The translations under genes and the position numbers were made by a program. A stretch of DNA of 64,000 nt, from IMG/VR virus record IMGVR_UViG_3300045988_176106; one strand, 5' to 3'. Positions 48,004 to 56,513 of the stretch are shown piece by piece (the stretch's first letter is position 1; each line of letters starts with the position of its first letter). A model generated the notes under the pieces. That model saw only the letters and a program-made list of their open reading frames with translations. It had not been told where the DNA came from and did no database searches. The stretch is from a virus.

Positions 48004-48012
48004 TAATTGAAA

Positions 48013-49443
48013 TTAAATATATTGTGCCACTTTTAATACACAGTATATTGTATAAAATAATGCGCCATAAGAGCAATTATAATAATCATATTTTGATGAA
48101 TCATTTCCATAATATGAAGATGTAATATTATCAGAATATCCTGTTCTATATACAACAGAAGGTAAACATATATTAAGAAGATGATTTCTTACTTCTTCAG
48201 AAATTTTTGTAGTAACAAAATTGTTAATAGTATTACCAAAATATAACTCTGAATTACTATCATTAGTCATAAGTCTAACAACAGTATTAAGAGAAGAAAG
48301 ATCATTTTTATTGACAGCTTTTTCAAACAATTTAAATGTTTCTTTTATGTCATCTTCACTTAAAACTTCTTTAAGTTTAATAGCACTTTCAATACATGAA
48401 AGAATATGTTCATTATAGACTTTGCGCTCAGTAGTTACAAGAACTGGAGACATTGCACTAAAACGAATTTCCTGAGGTAACGGACTAGTGAATCTATTTT
48501 TAGTAATATTATCAATCAACGTAACAAAATAAGAATGGCCTACAGTTGCAGCCATATCATTTGCTACCAAAAATTGATCTTGAAATTCTTCAGAAACATC
48601 AGCCTCTGCACAAGAGAAAACAACTACATCTTCATCAGAAGTAATAATGGCTTCATGATATTCTGCAAAAGAATCTTGAAGGATTAATGGTGCATTTTTA
48701 GGATAATTAGAATATGTTTCATTAATACGAGACATATTATAATATGACGCAAAAAGTTGACCATGAGTTTGTTCATTACCAATGTCAATAACTACATATG
48801 GAGAATTAGATGCTCTAATATATTTATGCAATTCACGACGTTCAACATCATTATCTACAAGATTGAAAATAATACCTAGTGAATTTAGTTTAGAAAGTGT
48901 ACCTTCTAAAACATCATTAAAAGAAATAAAAGCTTCAGGGTGTTCTTTTTTAGAAGGGTCTATCGTAAGATATTTATCATAAAATACACATTGTGTACCT
49001 TCAACAAGTGTTGATCCATAACGCATAGCCATTACTTCAGCTTTATTTTTACCAATATCATTCTCAATAAAGTTCTGCCTTATAAGATTCTTGGTCTCGA
49101 TAGTGTCAAAATCCACAAGATTTAAACAAAATTTATCTTTTGTGATAATATCTTTACGAATCATATCATTAATTGTCTTAGCAAGCTTAGGCATTAACCA
49201 TGATCCAGTACCGCCACATCCAATAACAGTAATGGCACCTACCTGAATAATATTATCAGAACTTAAATTAAATTTTTCAAAATCTTTAATAGAAAAAAGA
49301 TATTGTAAACCGCCTTTCAAAAAGGCTTTCTTACCAATCTCTTCAGCTTTTTTATTCAAAAAATCTGTACGTTGACGTTGTTCATCACTAATAATGTTAT
49401 AAACGTTAGATGAACTATCTTTAACTTCTCTATAAATACTCAT
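48013..49443 (-). CDS. E1-like (ThiF/MoeB/UBA family) adenylyltransferase with a ~200-aa unique C-terminal region
   Basis: Rossmann loop VIGCGGTGSWL followed by LVDFDTIETKNLIRQNF..DIGKNKAEV (the DxDxVxxSNLxRQ signature) and LVDNDVERR. Confidence 0.85.
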   Translation of the reverse strand: MSIYREVKDSSSNVYNIISDEQRQRTDFLNKKAEEIGKKAFLKGGLQYLFSIKDFEKFNLSSDNIIQVGAITVIGCGGTGSWLMPKLAKTINDMIRKDIITKDKFCLNLVDFDTIETKNLIRQNFIENDIGKNKAEVMAMRYGSTLVEGTQCVFYDKYLTIDPSKKEHPEAFISFNDVLEGTLSKLNSLGIIFNLVDNDVERRELHKYIRASNSPYVVIDIGNEQTHGQLFASYYNMSRINETYSNYPKNAPLILQDSFAEYHEAIITSDEDVVVFSCAEADVSEEFQDQFLVANDMAATVGHSYFVTLIDNITKNRFTSPLPQEIRFSAMSPVLVTTERKVYNEHILSCIESAIKLKEVLSEDDIKETFKLFEKAVNKNDLSSLNTVVRLMTNDSNSELYFGNTINNFVTTKISEEVRNHLLNICLPSVVYRTGYSDNITSSYYGNDSSKYDYYNCSYGALFYTIYCVLKVAQYI

Positions 49444-49473
49444 TTAAAATCCAATATAAAATATTAGAAAAAA

Positions 49474-49490
49474 TGGGGCACTAGGCCCCA
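49474..49490 (-). terminator. rho-independent terminator between the JAB and E1-like genes
   Basis: Minus strand reads TGGGGC-CTAGT-GCCCCA followed by TTTTTTCT. Confidence 0.65.
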
Positions 49491-49498
49491 ACTTAAAA

Positions 49499-50932
49499 TT
49501 AAGGAATGTTTCTAAAAGGCTTTTTGGTTAATGTATTTTCATAAATACTATAACGAACTGCCTCTAAATCTTTTACAAAATCATCAATATTTGAATCTAC
49601 TGATGTTCCATTTTTAAGCATGTACGCATGAATACCATGTAGTATTCCATTAAATATTGTAACACTTATATCTTCTTCTTTGCTATGACTTGCAATTGTA
49701 TCCAAGAATGACTGAACAAGGCAGCAATTCGCGTCATATTCTCCGCATTTATTTTTAAGAATATCTACTATTACTGATCCAGCTTTATAAATCTCTTGGA
49801 TTTCTTCAGTGGTAAATCCATCAGAGTTACCACAATATTCTTCAAAGATGCCATCATAGTCAAGAGGATCGGCATAATCCCATATATTAAGATGGGCAGG
49901 ACGCTGAAAAACATTTGATCCGCTATTATGACCGTATCCAGTATTTGTAGACATTACAGAATTATAAAGAGTAGAATAATCCTCATCATCAAAATCATAA
50001 TCATAAGGGCCATAATGAATCCCAGGCTTCCATCCTTCATTATTAAAATAATGATTCCCACCCTTTTTAACATTATGGTTGCTACCAGTTTTACCATAAG
50101 AATATCCAGTATGATAACTAGGATACTTAGGAGGAGTATGGACAATAGCAGTTACTTTAGAATATTCACTTTCTGGAATAGAAATAGTTCCAATAAGAGG
50201 ATCTTCTAAATCAAAAATATCTGACAATTGAAGCGGAAACTCATATTTATCATAAACACAACGCTGCACTGTAGTGTTAGTATAAGTACCATCAGGATTA
50301 ATTTTTAATCCACCAAATACAAATGAATAAATACCATTATGCTTAGCTTCATCAGCCTTATCAGTTCCGCTATAAAATGCACCCATAGTATGATGAGAAT
50401 GGCTTGTTACAACAAGAATCTTATTAGGATCATCATAAAATGGTCCAGTTTTATCAAATGAAATACTGGCTGAAGCTACACGTTGTACAGGAACTTCAAT
50501 AAAAAATTCTTTTAACTCTTTGTCCCACCAGATCTGAGCCATTACTTCATTTTTATTAGAAGCATAAATGGTTTTATAAAAATCACAGATAGCTTTATAA
50601 AAGCGACCAGGAATTTTAGGGAAATCTGGATTAGGAGTAAAAGTAACTTTGCCCTCAGGCAAATGTAACAACTTGTTACTAAAATCATCCTTACGGATAA
50701 AAAAGTCGCCAATAGGCGAAGAGAATACGCGATATATACCATCTTGCATTACAGAGATGTCGCCACGATTCTTACCTACCTCACCAATAAGAACGTTTGG
50801 TTTATCAATACCAGTAATAAGAGATGATAAAGAAGCCAGACTCATAACTTGAGCTGGAGCAGCATTCGTAGCTGCATTTGAAACAGTGGCAGCGTTATTG
50901 CCGCCACTAGTAGTAATATTAGATACTGTCAT
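49499..50932 (-). CDS. JAB/MPN (JAMM) metallopeptidase-domain protein with a long low-complexity and helical C-terminal region
   Basis: HSHHTMGAFYSGTD is an exact HxHx7Sx2D JAMM motif. An upstream Glu lies in NEVMAQIWW. The tail is rich in Tyr/Gly/Asn/Asp/His (YDYDFDDEDY..). Confidence 0.8.
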   Translation of the reverse strand: MTVSNITTSGGNNAATVSNAATNAAPAQVMSLASLSSLITGIDKPNVLIGEVGKNRGDISVMQDGIYRVFSSPIGDFFIRKDDFSNKLLHLPEGKVTFTPNPDFPKIPGRFYKAICDFYKTIYASNKNEVMAQIWWDKELKEFFIEVPVQRVASASISFDKTGPFYDDPNKILVVTSHSHHTMGAFYSGTDKADEAKHNGIYSFVFGGLKINPDGTYTNTTVQRCVYDKYEFPLQLSDIFDLEDPLIGTISIPESEYSKVTAIVHTPPKYPSYHTGYSYGKTGSNHNVKKGGNHYFNNEGWKPGIHYGPYDYDFDDEDYSTLYNSVMSTNTGYGHNSGSNVFQRPAHLNIWDYADPLDYDGIFEEYCGNSDGFTTEEIQEIYKAGSVIVDILKNKCGEYDANCCLVQSFLDTIASHSKEEDISVTIFNGILHGIHAYMLKNGTSVDSNIDDFVKDLEAVRYSIYENTLTKKPFRNIP

Positions 50933-50936
50933 ATTT

Positions 50937-51698
50937 TTATACTCTACAGTTAAGAGAAATAAAAGCCTCTAAATTATCTGCAAGAACACCATTTAGATAA
51001 TTAGAAACATTAAATTTAATATCGGGATTGAAACGCATTAATGTACAAAGTCTCACAAACTTATTAAACCTTGATGCTTTTTCAAACATGTCCTCAGTCA
51101 TGCCATTTTTTAATGCAGAAGACTTCAATTCTGTAAAATCTGCTCTGACTTCACAGTCTCCGCCCAAATCGCAATTAAATTTACTTGCCCAATACAAATC
51201 AGGTATTGTTTCAATATTAAACAAATCCATACCTGTACATACAGATTCTACCATATTAAAATTATCTCCCCAACAAATACCAGGAGAAAATGTAGAACTA
51301 TAATTATGCATTGGAAATTTAAAAATTTTTGTATTCTTGGTTAAACGCTTATCATCATAAGAGCCAATAATCGTTTTTACCAACCGGTTATTTCTAAATT
51401 TTAAAGCGTAAACAGTATTAGGAATGCGAATAGGAATAGTTTCTCTAGAATAAGCAGATACAAGATCAACATTTCTTCCAGGCTTATTTAAAACAATAAC
51501 AGTATGTGGACCATTTTTCCAATATTTAATAACAGAAGCAGGCATAAGAGGAGTTTCCTCTACGCTAGTTGAATCTGTGAAAGCGGTTATAAAATCTTTA
51601 AGTTGAACAATCTTGGTTGATTTTTTACCATCTTCATCGATAACAAGATTTACAAGCTCATTATCTACAATTTTAAAAGTTACATTATCTAACTTCAT
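50937..51698 (-). CDS. candidate E2-like (UBC-fold) protein
   Basis: FKFPMHNYSSTFSPGICWGDN resembles the UBC HPN-x(6-8)-G-x-IC flap with its catalytic Cys. Its position immediately upstream of the JAB and E1 genes fits. This is a motif-level call only. Confidence 0.35.
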   Translation of the reverse strand: MKLDNVTFKIVDNELVNLVIDEDGKKSTKIVQLKDFITAFTDSTSVEETPLMPASVIKYWKNGPHTVIVLNKPGRNVDLVSAYSRETIPIRIPNTVYALKFRNNRLVKTIIGSYDDKRLTKNTKIFKFPMHNYSSTFSPGICWGDNFNMVESVCTGMDLFNIETIPDLYWASKFNCDLGGDCEVRADFTELKSSALKNGMTEDMFEKASRFNKFVRLCTLMRFNPDIKFNVSNYLNGVLADNLEAFISLNCRV

Positions 51699-53121
51699 CT
51701 ACAATTTCCTTTACTCTACTTTTAATAATAGAGGTAAGTTTATCTGGATTAAGATAATTTTTACGTTCAATTATAATATTATCATAAAAATTAGATACTT
51801 TAGATACAGCAATTTGAACATCTTCATTTTTATTTACAATAAAAAATTTAGGTGCTTCATTCTCTGTAAATGCAAGCAATGAAGTATCGTAAAATTTATT
51901 ATCCCATGAAAGATTTGCCGGAGATTCCCCACTAGAAGAAACAAATTGTCTATTTTTATATTGACCAAAATTTCCGCGAGCAATATAGAAATTTTTACAA
52001 GAAATATTATTAACAAAATTGTTATAATATCTCAATGAACATTCTGCATAAAAATCTTTAGAAGTTTTATCTAGCATACCATAATTCAGGGCAGTAACTG
52101 CTAATGTAAAAAGCTTTTGAAGTAATGGAGACTCAGAATATTCTCTAGGAAAATCACTTTCATAATAATCAAGTTTATTATTCCTAATAAGATTTTTATA
52201 TCCAACACCCATTTTAGGAGAAGGATTTTGGAATCCATAATACGAATAATCGATCTTGCGGCATTTCATATCTGTTGTATTTAAAACAAGATCATAATTA
52301 AAACTTTCATGAATATGATACCCGAAATTAGGATCAGAATACGGAATCTCTCCAGAATTTCTTATGGCATAATCAAGATTCATTTCATTTAAACTATCAA
52401 AATTATAACGCGGAATACTAGATCCATTAATTAATAATCCAGTCTCATTCTTGATATACCTAAAATTCTCTACATCAAAAAACAGCTTAAGCTTAGGAAT
52501 ATCTATATCTTTATAATTATCAATTATAAAGTTGTGTGCATAGATAAGCTCTAAAACTTTTTTGGCATCATTTTTATCAATTCCAACCTCGATATTAGAC
52601 ATATCAGAATATACATAAAGCATATGTTGAAACCACTCTAAAAATGAATCGCCACCAATAGCATTATACCAAATATCAAATCCATCTAATGTTATTTTAC
52701 CTCGATGTGTATTTGACTTTTTAGCTTTTTTAATCGCATTAAATTCTTTAGAACCCATATTCTGAATACCAAAGAACATAGGATAATTCACAAATAGAAA
52801 AAATTTATATGCAGATTTAGCATAAGAATCTAAATCTTCAATAGTTCTAGGAAAAGTATTAATACCAATGTTACCGTCAACATTGATGGTAACATTATCA
52901 ATATTGACACCTATACTTTTATTAAATGATATTAAATTTTTAGAGCTAGAATTAACTTCTTCTTCAAAAGCAAGTTTAATTAAATTGCCCAATTGAGATT
53001 TATATGTTCTAGTGAAATTATTAGGATTGCCAGAATATTTAAATGTTTTAGATACACCAAAATCTTCAAAAGAATATTTTAATGAATTTAAAGCACCTTT
53101 ATAAATTATATGTTCATTCAT
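51685..53121 (-). CDS. hypothetical protein
   Basis: 478-aa ORF overlapping the E2-like gene start by 14 nt. No motif recognised. Confidence 0.45.
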   Translation of the reverse strand: MNEHIIYKGALNSLKYSFEDFGVSKTFKYSGNPNNFTRTYKSQLGNLIKLAFEEEVNSSSKNLISFNKSIGVNIDNVTINVDGNIGINTFPRTIEDLDSYAKSAYKFFLFVNYPMFFGIQNMGSKEFNAIKKAKKSNTHRGKITLDGFDIWYNAIGGDSFLEWFQHMLYVYSDMSNIEVGIDKNDAKKVLELIYAHNFIIDNYKDIDIPKLKLFFDVENFRYIKNETGLLINGSSIPRYNFDSLNEMNLDYAIRNSGEIPYSDPNFGYHIHESFNYDLVLNTTDMKCRKIDYSYYGFQNPSPKMGVGYKNLIRNNKLDYYESDFPREYSESPLLQKLFTLAVTALNYGMLDKTSKDFYAECSLRYYNNFVNNISCKNFYIARGNFGQYKNRQFVSSSGESPANLSWDNKFYDTSLLAFTENEAPKFFIVNKNEDVQIAVSKVSNFYDNIIIERKNYLNPDKLTSIIKSRVKEIVDEVR

Positions 53122-53133
53122 TATTTAAACCCA

Positions 53134-54348
53134 TTAAAAATAAGTGATAATCTGAACTTGAGGTAATAAACGAATATTTTTAATTGAAACTCTCATAGGC
53201 TTTCTATTATGAATCAGTAAATCTTTTTTATATTTTTCAATTCGTTCTTCAATATCAGATTCAGCAAAAGCAATTACTTCCTCTCTAGAGAGAAAAGAAC
53301 TACTACGAGCTTCTTCAAGTTTCTTCAAAATAGGAGATTCTTTAAATTCTTCAAAATCTTGAGCAGAATCAAAAATATATTTAACTCTATCTTCCATAGT
53401 TTCAAATATAATTTTCTCTTTTTTATCTTCTTCTTTTTCTTTCACTTTAGATTTATCATCAATAAGGGAAGATCTAAGAAGAGATAAAACTCTATTAGAA
53501 GACTCACTAACAGATTGTTCAGCCGGCATAATATCCTCCAGACCATCGTTTACATCACAAAGACTACAAATAACCAAATTTATAATACCTGATTCGAAAT
53601 CACATCTGTATTCGAGGTTAATTTCAGCTGCACATTCATCAAAATATTCTACAAAATGTTCACATTCTTCTTCTGTAAATAATTCATTAGCAGGCTTATC
53701 TAACTCAGTTAAATAATCTGTTACTATTGATAATACTCGTTCTGAAATATATGGTACATCTTCTGTTTTAACAACTCTTAAAAAATAATTAGAATCAGCA
53801 TATTCACTATCATCATATTCTACTAAAGAAGAAATATATAAAGTAGCTCTGCCAGCATGAATATTTGTACGAATATCAATAAAAGAGAAATTTCTATACA
53901 AATCTAATTTAAGCTTTTTAAAAAGAACTATAAAATCATTACCTATTATTTTATCTCTAGAAATATTAGGATTTAAACGCTGCATTGAAAATATAATATC
54001 GTCAACTTTCCTATTAATAAGATTTTGATAATGATCAGGAATGTGAGATATTGAACGAATATCAAGTCTGCATAGTTCAGAACTAGGCAAATATCCATTA
54101 TCAGAAAAACAAATTTCCCCTAAAATATTAAGTTTCAGTTGTTTAAATGAAAGATAATCACGTTGAGGAGCCTCAACTGGTCTAATATCCTCAACAGCAA
54201 CATAAACCGATTCAGGAGCATCAATAGTTCTAATTCTACTTAAAATTCTTGAAGTAGCTGACTCATCATGAGGACTATTATCTATGTCCACTCTTCTACT
54301 TCCAGATATAAGACTACGTAAGTCGCTAACATTTAAAATATTAGACAT
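53134..54348 (-). CDS. hypothetical protein
   Basis: 404-aa ORF with an acidic central region. No motif recognised. Confidence 0.45.
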   Translation of the reverse strand: MSNILNVSDLRSLISGSRRVDIDNSPHDESATSRILSRIRTIDAPESVYVAVEDIRPVEAPQRDYLSFKQLKLNILGEICFSDNGYLPSSELCRLDIRSISHIPDHYQNLINRKVDDIIFSMQRLNPNISRDKIIGNDFIVLFKKLKLDLYRNFSFIDIRTNIHAGRATLYISSLVEYDDSEYADSNYFLRVVKTEDVPYISERVLSIVTDYLTELDKPANELFTEEECEHFVEYFDECAAEINLEYRCDFESGIINLVICSLCDVNDGLEDIMPAEQSVSESSNRVLSLLRSSLIDDKSKVKEKEEDKKEKIIFETMEDRVKYIFDSAQDFEEFKESPILKKLEEARSSSFLSREEVIAFAESDIEERIEKYKKDLLIHNRKPMRVSIKNIRLLPQVQIITYF

Positions 54349-54374
54349 AAATTATAAACCTCTATAAAATTTAA

Positions 54375-54414
54375 AAGGCACCCGTATACTATATAAAGTG
54401 TATACAAGTGCCTT
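54375..54414 (-). terminator. rho-independent terminator after the 64-aa gene
   Basis: Minus strand reads AAGGCAC...GTGCCTT with an inner GTATAC/GTATAC helix, followed by TTTTAAATTTT. Confidence 0.6.
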
Positions 54415-54470
54415 AATTCTTTATGAGAACTGAATCTCTTATAAATCAAATTGTAAAGTTTTTAACTTTA

Positions 54471-54665
54471 TTAAGCTTTGCTGCCAGTTGACAGAGACAC
54501 TACCAAGATTTCATCTTGAATTTGGGTAGTGTAGTTTGAAGCATTGTTCAGAACTGGATGTTCTTGAGCCAAAGCTGACAAAATTTCAGAAACAGGAGCT
54601 ACTTGACCACCGAAAGTGGTAGTTTCGCCATTATAAGTAAAACCTTTTACGTATTGAGTAGACAT
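54471..54665 (-). CDS. 64-aa protein, possible beta-grasp (ThiS/MoaD/ubiquitin-like) fold
   Basis: The pattern FTYNGETTTF..VAPVSEILSALAQEHPVL...IQDEILVVSLSTGSKA resembles the ThiS layout (xNGe...tv.eLl..l...dgD.i.vv...G). GC-richer codon usage. It has its own terminator. Confidence 0.3.
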   Translation of the reverse strand: MSTQYVKGFTYNGETTTFGGQVAPVSEILSALAQEHPVLNNASNYTTQIQDEILVVSLSTGSKA

Positions 54666-54690
54666 ATTTTTGCCTTAAATTTAAAAATAA

Positions 54691-55101
54691 TTAAGAAATG
54701 ATGCTGTGTACGGCCACAACATTACCAAATTCATCGTGAAGTTTAATACGATCGCCGACCAAACCTTCTTGACGAACAAATTCATTGAACTCTTCAATAG
54801 TACCAAATACAATCAAAGTATCCAAATCAGATTGAACTGCATCACGAACAGTCTCTGCATCTGCTACAACAAGTTGTTGTTTTTTAATAAAGCTAGAGAC
54901 TTCTGATTTGTCCAAAACTTTAGGACCTGATACAGCTGCAGTAGGAGTACCAGAACCACGAACAGCGCTAACAATATCACTAGCGCTCATTACCTGAGCA
55001 GCACCAGGCAAACGAGCAGGAACAGTGATAGTCAGTTCACCGCCCAGAAGGGCAATGTTTGACAAATCAACGCCGGTAATACGAACATTAATTTCATTCA
55101 T
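54691..55101 (-). CDS. hypothetical protein (GC-richer, probably highly expressed)
   Basis: 136-aa ORF. No motif recognised. Confidence 0.45.
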   Translation of the reverse strand: MNEINVRITGVDLSNIALLGGELTITVPARLPGAAQVMSASDIVSAVRGSGTPTAAVSGPKVLDKSEVSSFIKKQQLVVADAETVRDAVQSDLDTLIVFGTIEEFNEFVRQEGLVGDRIKLHDEFGNVVAVHSIIS

Positions 55102-55107
55102 TTGTTT

Positions 55108-55587
55108 TTACCAGTTTAAAATTGAAGGAATAGAATGTTTAATTAAAACATTCAAAGCGAATGTTTCATCAACACTCAAAGGGATAGATAGTGAAGATTT
55201 TTCTCCACCAACATTTTGTGCAACAGACAAGAAATAAGGAGAAGCTCCACCAGTTGAACGTTTAAGTCCAATTGTTTTTGTGTTGCCATTAAATTCATGG
55301 AATAAATCAACATCTAATCCACGTTCAATTGCGTATCCTAATTTTTGCAAATCAGGCATACCCAATTTTACTCCAATTTTCTTGTTTTCCCATTCGTATG
55401 TTTTATTTTTAGCATTAGCATCTTTTACAGGTGCAGCTTCTAAAAATACAAATCCAGCATTAAGTTTTTTATTAGTGCCTTCTTCAACAACTTGAGGCTT
55501 TACTAAACGAAATCTTAAGGCAGCTTTGCCTTTAAAAATCGAATAGTGTTTTGCCTCTTTAGAAACATCATAATCAGCCATTACCAC
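55108..55587 (-). CDS. Whirly-family single-stranded DNA-binding protein
   Basis: YSIFKGKAAL (the plant Whirly KGKAAL motif), YEWENKK (YDWxxKQ), LFHEF (EFFHD), SPYFLSV (GxFFxLSV), and the C-terminal SIPSILNW (MPxLLGW). Colinear with plant Why1 over the full length, by recall. Confidence 0.7.
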   Translation of the reverse strand: MVMADYDVSKEAKHYSIFKGKAALRFRLVKPQVVEEGTNKKLNAGFVFLEAAPVKDANAKNKTYEWENKKIGVKLGMPDLQKLGYAIERGLDVDLFHEFNGNTKTIGLKRSTGGASPYFLSVAQNVGGEKSSLSIPLSVDETFALNVLIKHSIPSILNW

Positions 55588-55943
55588 GGAGTCCCAGATG
55601 GAATAGTAGCTTTAGATCTAACTTCTGTAGCCACTACAGGTTCTCTACGTTCTTCTACGTGTTCACTATTTGAACTATCTTTAGGTTTTGATCCACCTAT
55701 TAGTCCAGCTTCCTTAAGGATTGCTTCAGAGATACTATCACGTGCTTCTCTGTTAATAGGTCCAGCAGTTTCTTGCCACTTACCATCAGCTTTTTTATAG
55801 CCCGGATAAGAGACAAAATAGCCTTTAGATGAATCTCCCCATATTGTAAAGTTTAGCTGAACTGCGTCTGCTACAACTACAAATCCAGATCCAGAATGTT
55901 TATCTGTATCTCTCTTTGGCCACATTCTTACATTGATTTTCAT
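55581..55943 (-). CDS. SpoVG-like protein
   Basis: GFVVVADAVQLNFTIWGDSSKGYFVSYPGYKKADGKWQETAGPINREARDSISEAILKE parallels SpoVG [49 protein letters not shown]. Confidence 0.5.
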   Translation of the reverse strand: MKINVRMWPKRDTDKHSGSGFVVVADAVQLNFTIWGDSSKGYFVSYPGYKKADGKWQETAGPINREARDSISEAILKEAGLIGGSKPKDSSNSEHVEERREPVVATEVRSKATIPSGTPW

Positions 55944-56470
55944 TTTGTACCCTTTTTACGATAATTGATAAAATGTCTATAAACGCCAGCTTCTTTAAGC
56001 TCAGCATTAACATCTTTACCATACAGATGAGAAGCATCTGCAAAATATCTTACAGTATATCCATCTTTAGCAAAACGTTTCATCGTATTGCTCATTGAAC
56101 CAAATAAATCAAGTCCAACAAAGGATAAATTATAAGTATTTTTATCAAATACAAAATCTAAATCTGAACCATTAATGACAACATCAGAACCATCAGTAAC
56201 ATCTTTCAGGTACAATCTATTATCTACATGGAACCAGTCATCATTAGCAATAATTAATTTAGCTATAGGATGATTTTCATCATTCCATAAATTATTAGTA
56301 TCTCTATTATAATCAACCAATAATATACGGTCAGCTTTAATTAATCCTTTTGAAATACTATCTTTCAAAAAGGCTAATGTAGAGTCTGTGTTACGAATGT
56401 ATCTAGGACCACTTTTATCTGTAGTTTGGTCATTCAGCATAGATACGATGAGCAAATCTTTTTTACCCAT
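55940..56470 (-). CDS. hypothetical protein (possible isochorismatase-like fold lacking the catalytic Cys)
   Basis: DLLIVSMLNDQ and FVGLDLFGSMSNTMKRFAKDGYTV resemble the isochorismatase-family pattern, but Cys is replaced. Confidence 0.25.
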   Translation of the reverse strand: MGKKDLLIVSMLNDQTTDKSGPRYIRNTDSTLAFLKDSISKGLIKADRILLVDYNRDTNNLWNDENHPIAKLIIANDDWFHVDNRLYLKDVTDGSDVVINGSDLDFVFDKNTYNLSFVGLDLFGSMSNTMKRFAKDGYTVRYFADASHLYGKDVNAELKEAGVYRHFINYRKKGTK

Positions 56471-56513
56471 GTATAGTTTTCCTTATTATTATTATTGTTA
56501 TAGAAAACTGTAT

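Noticed and set aside
47955-48012. Retron (msr/msd) upstream of the RT
   Set aside because: Only 58 nt lie upstream, and a 10-bp terminator hairpin of the E1-like gene occupies them. There are no long inverted repeats typical of msr/msd.
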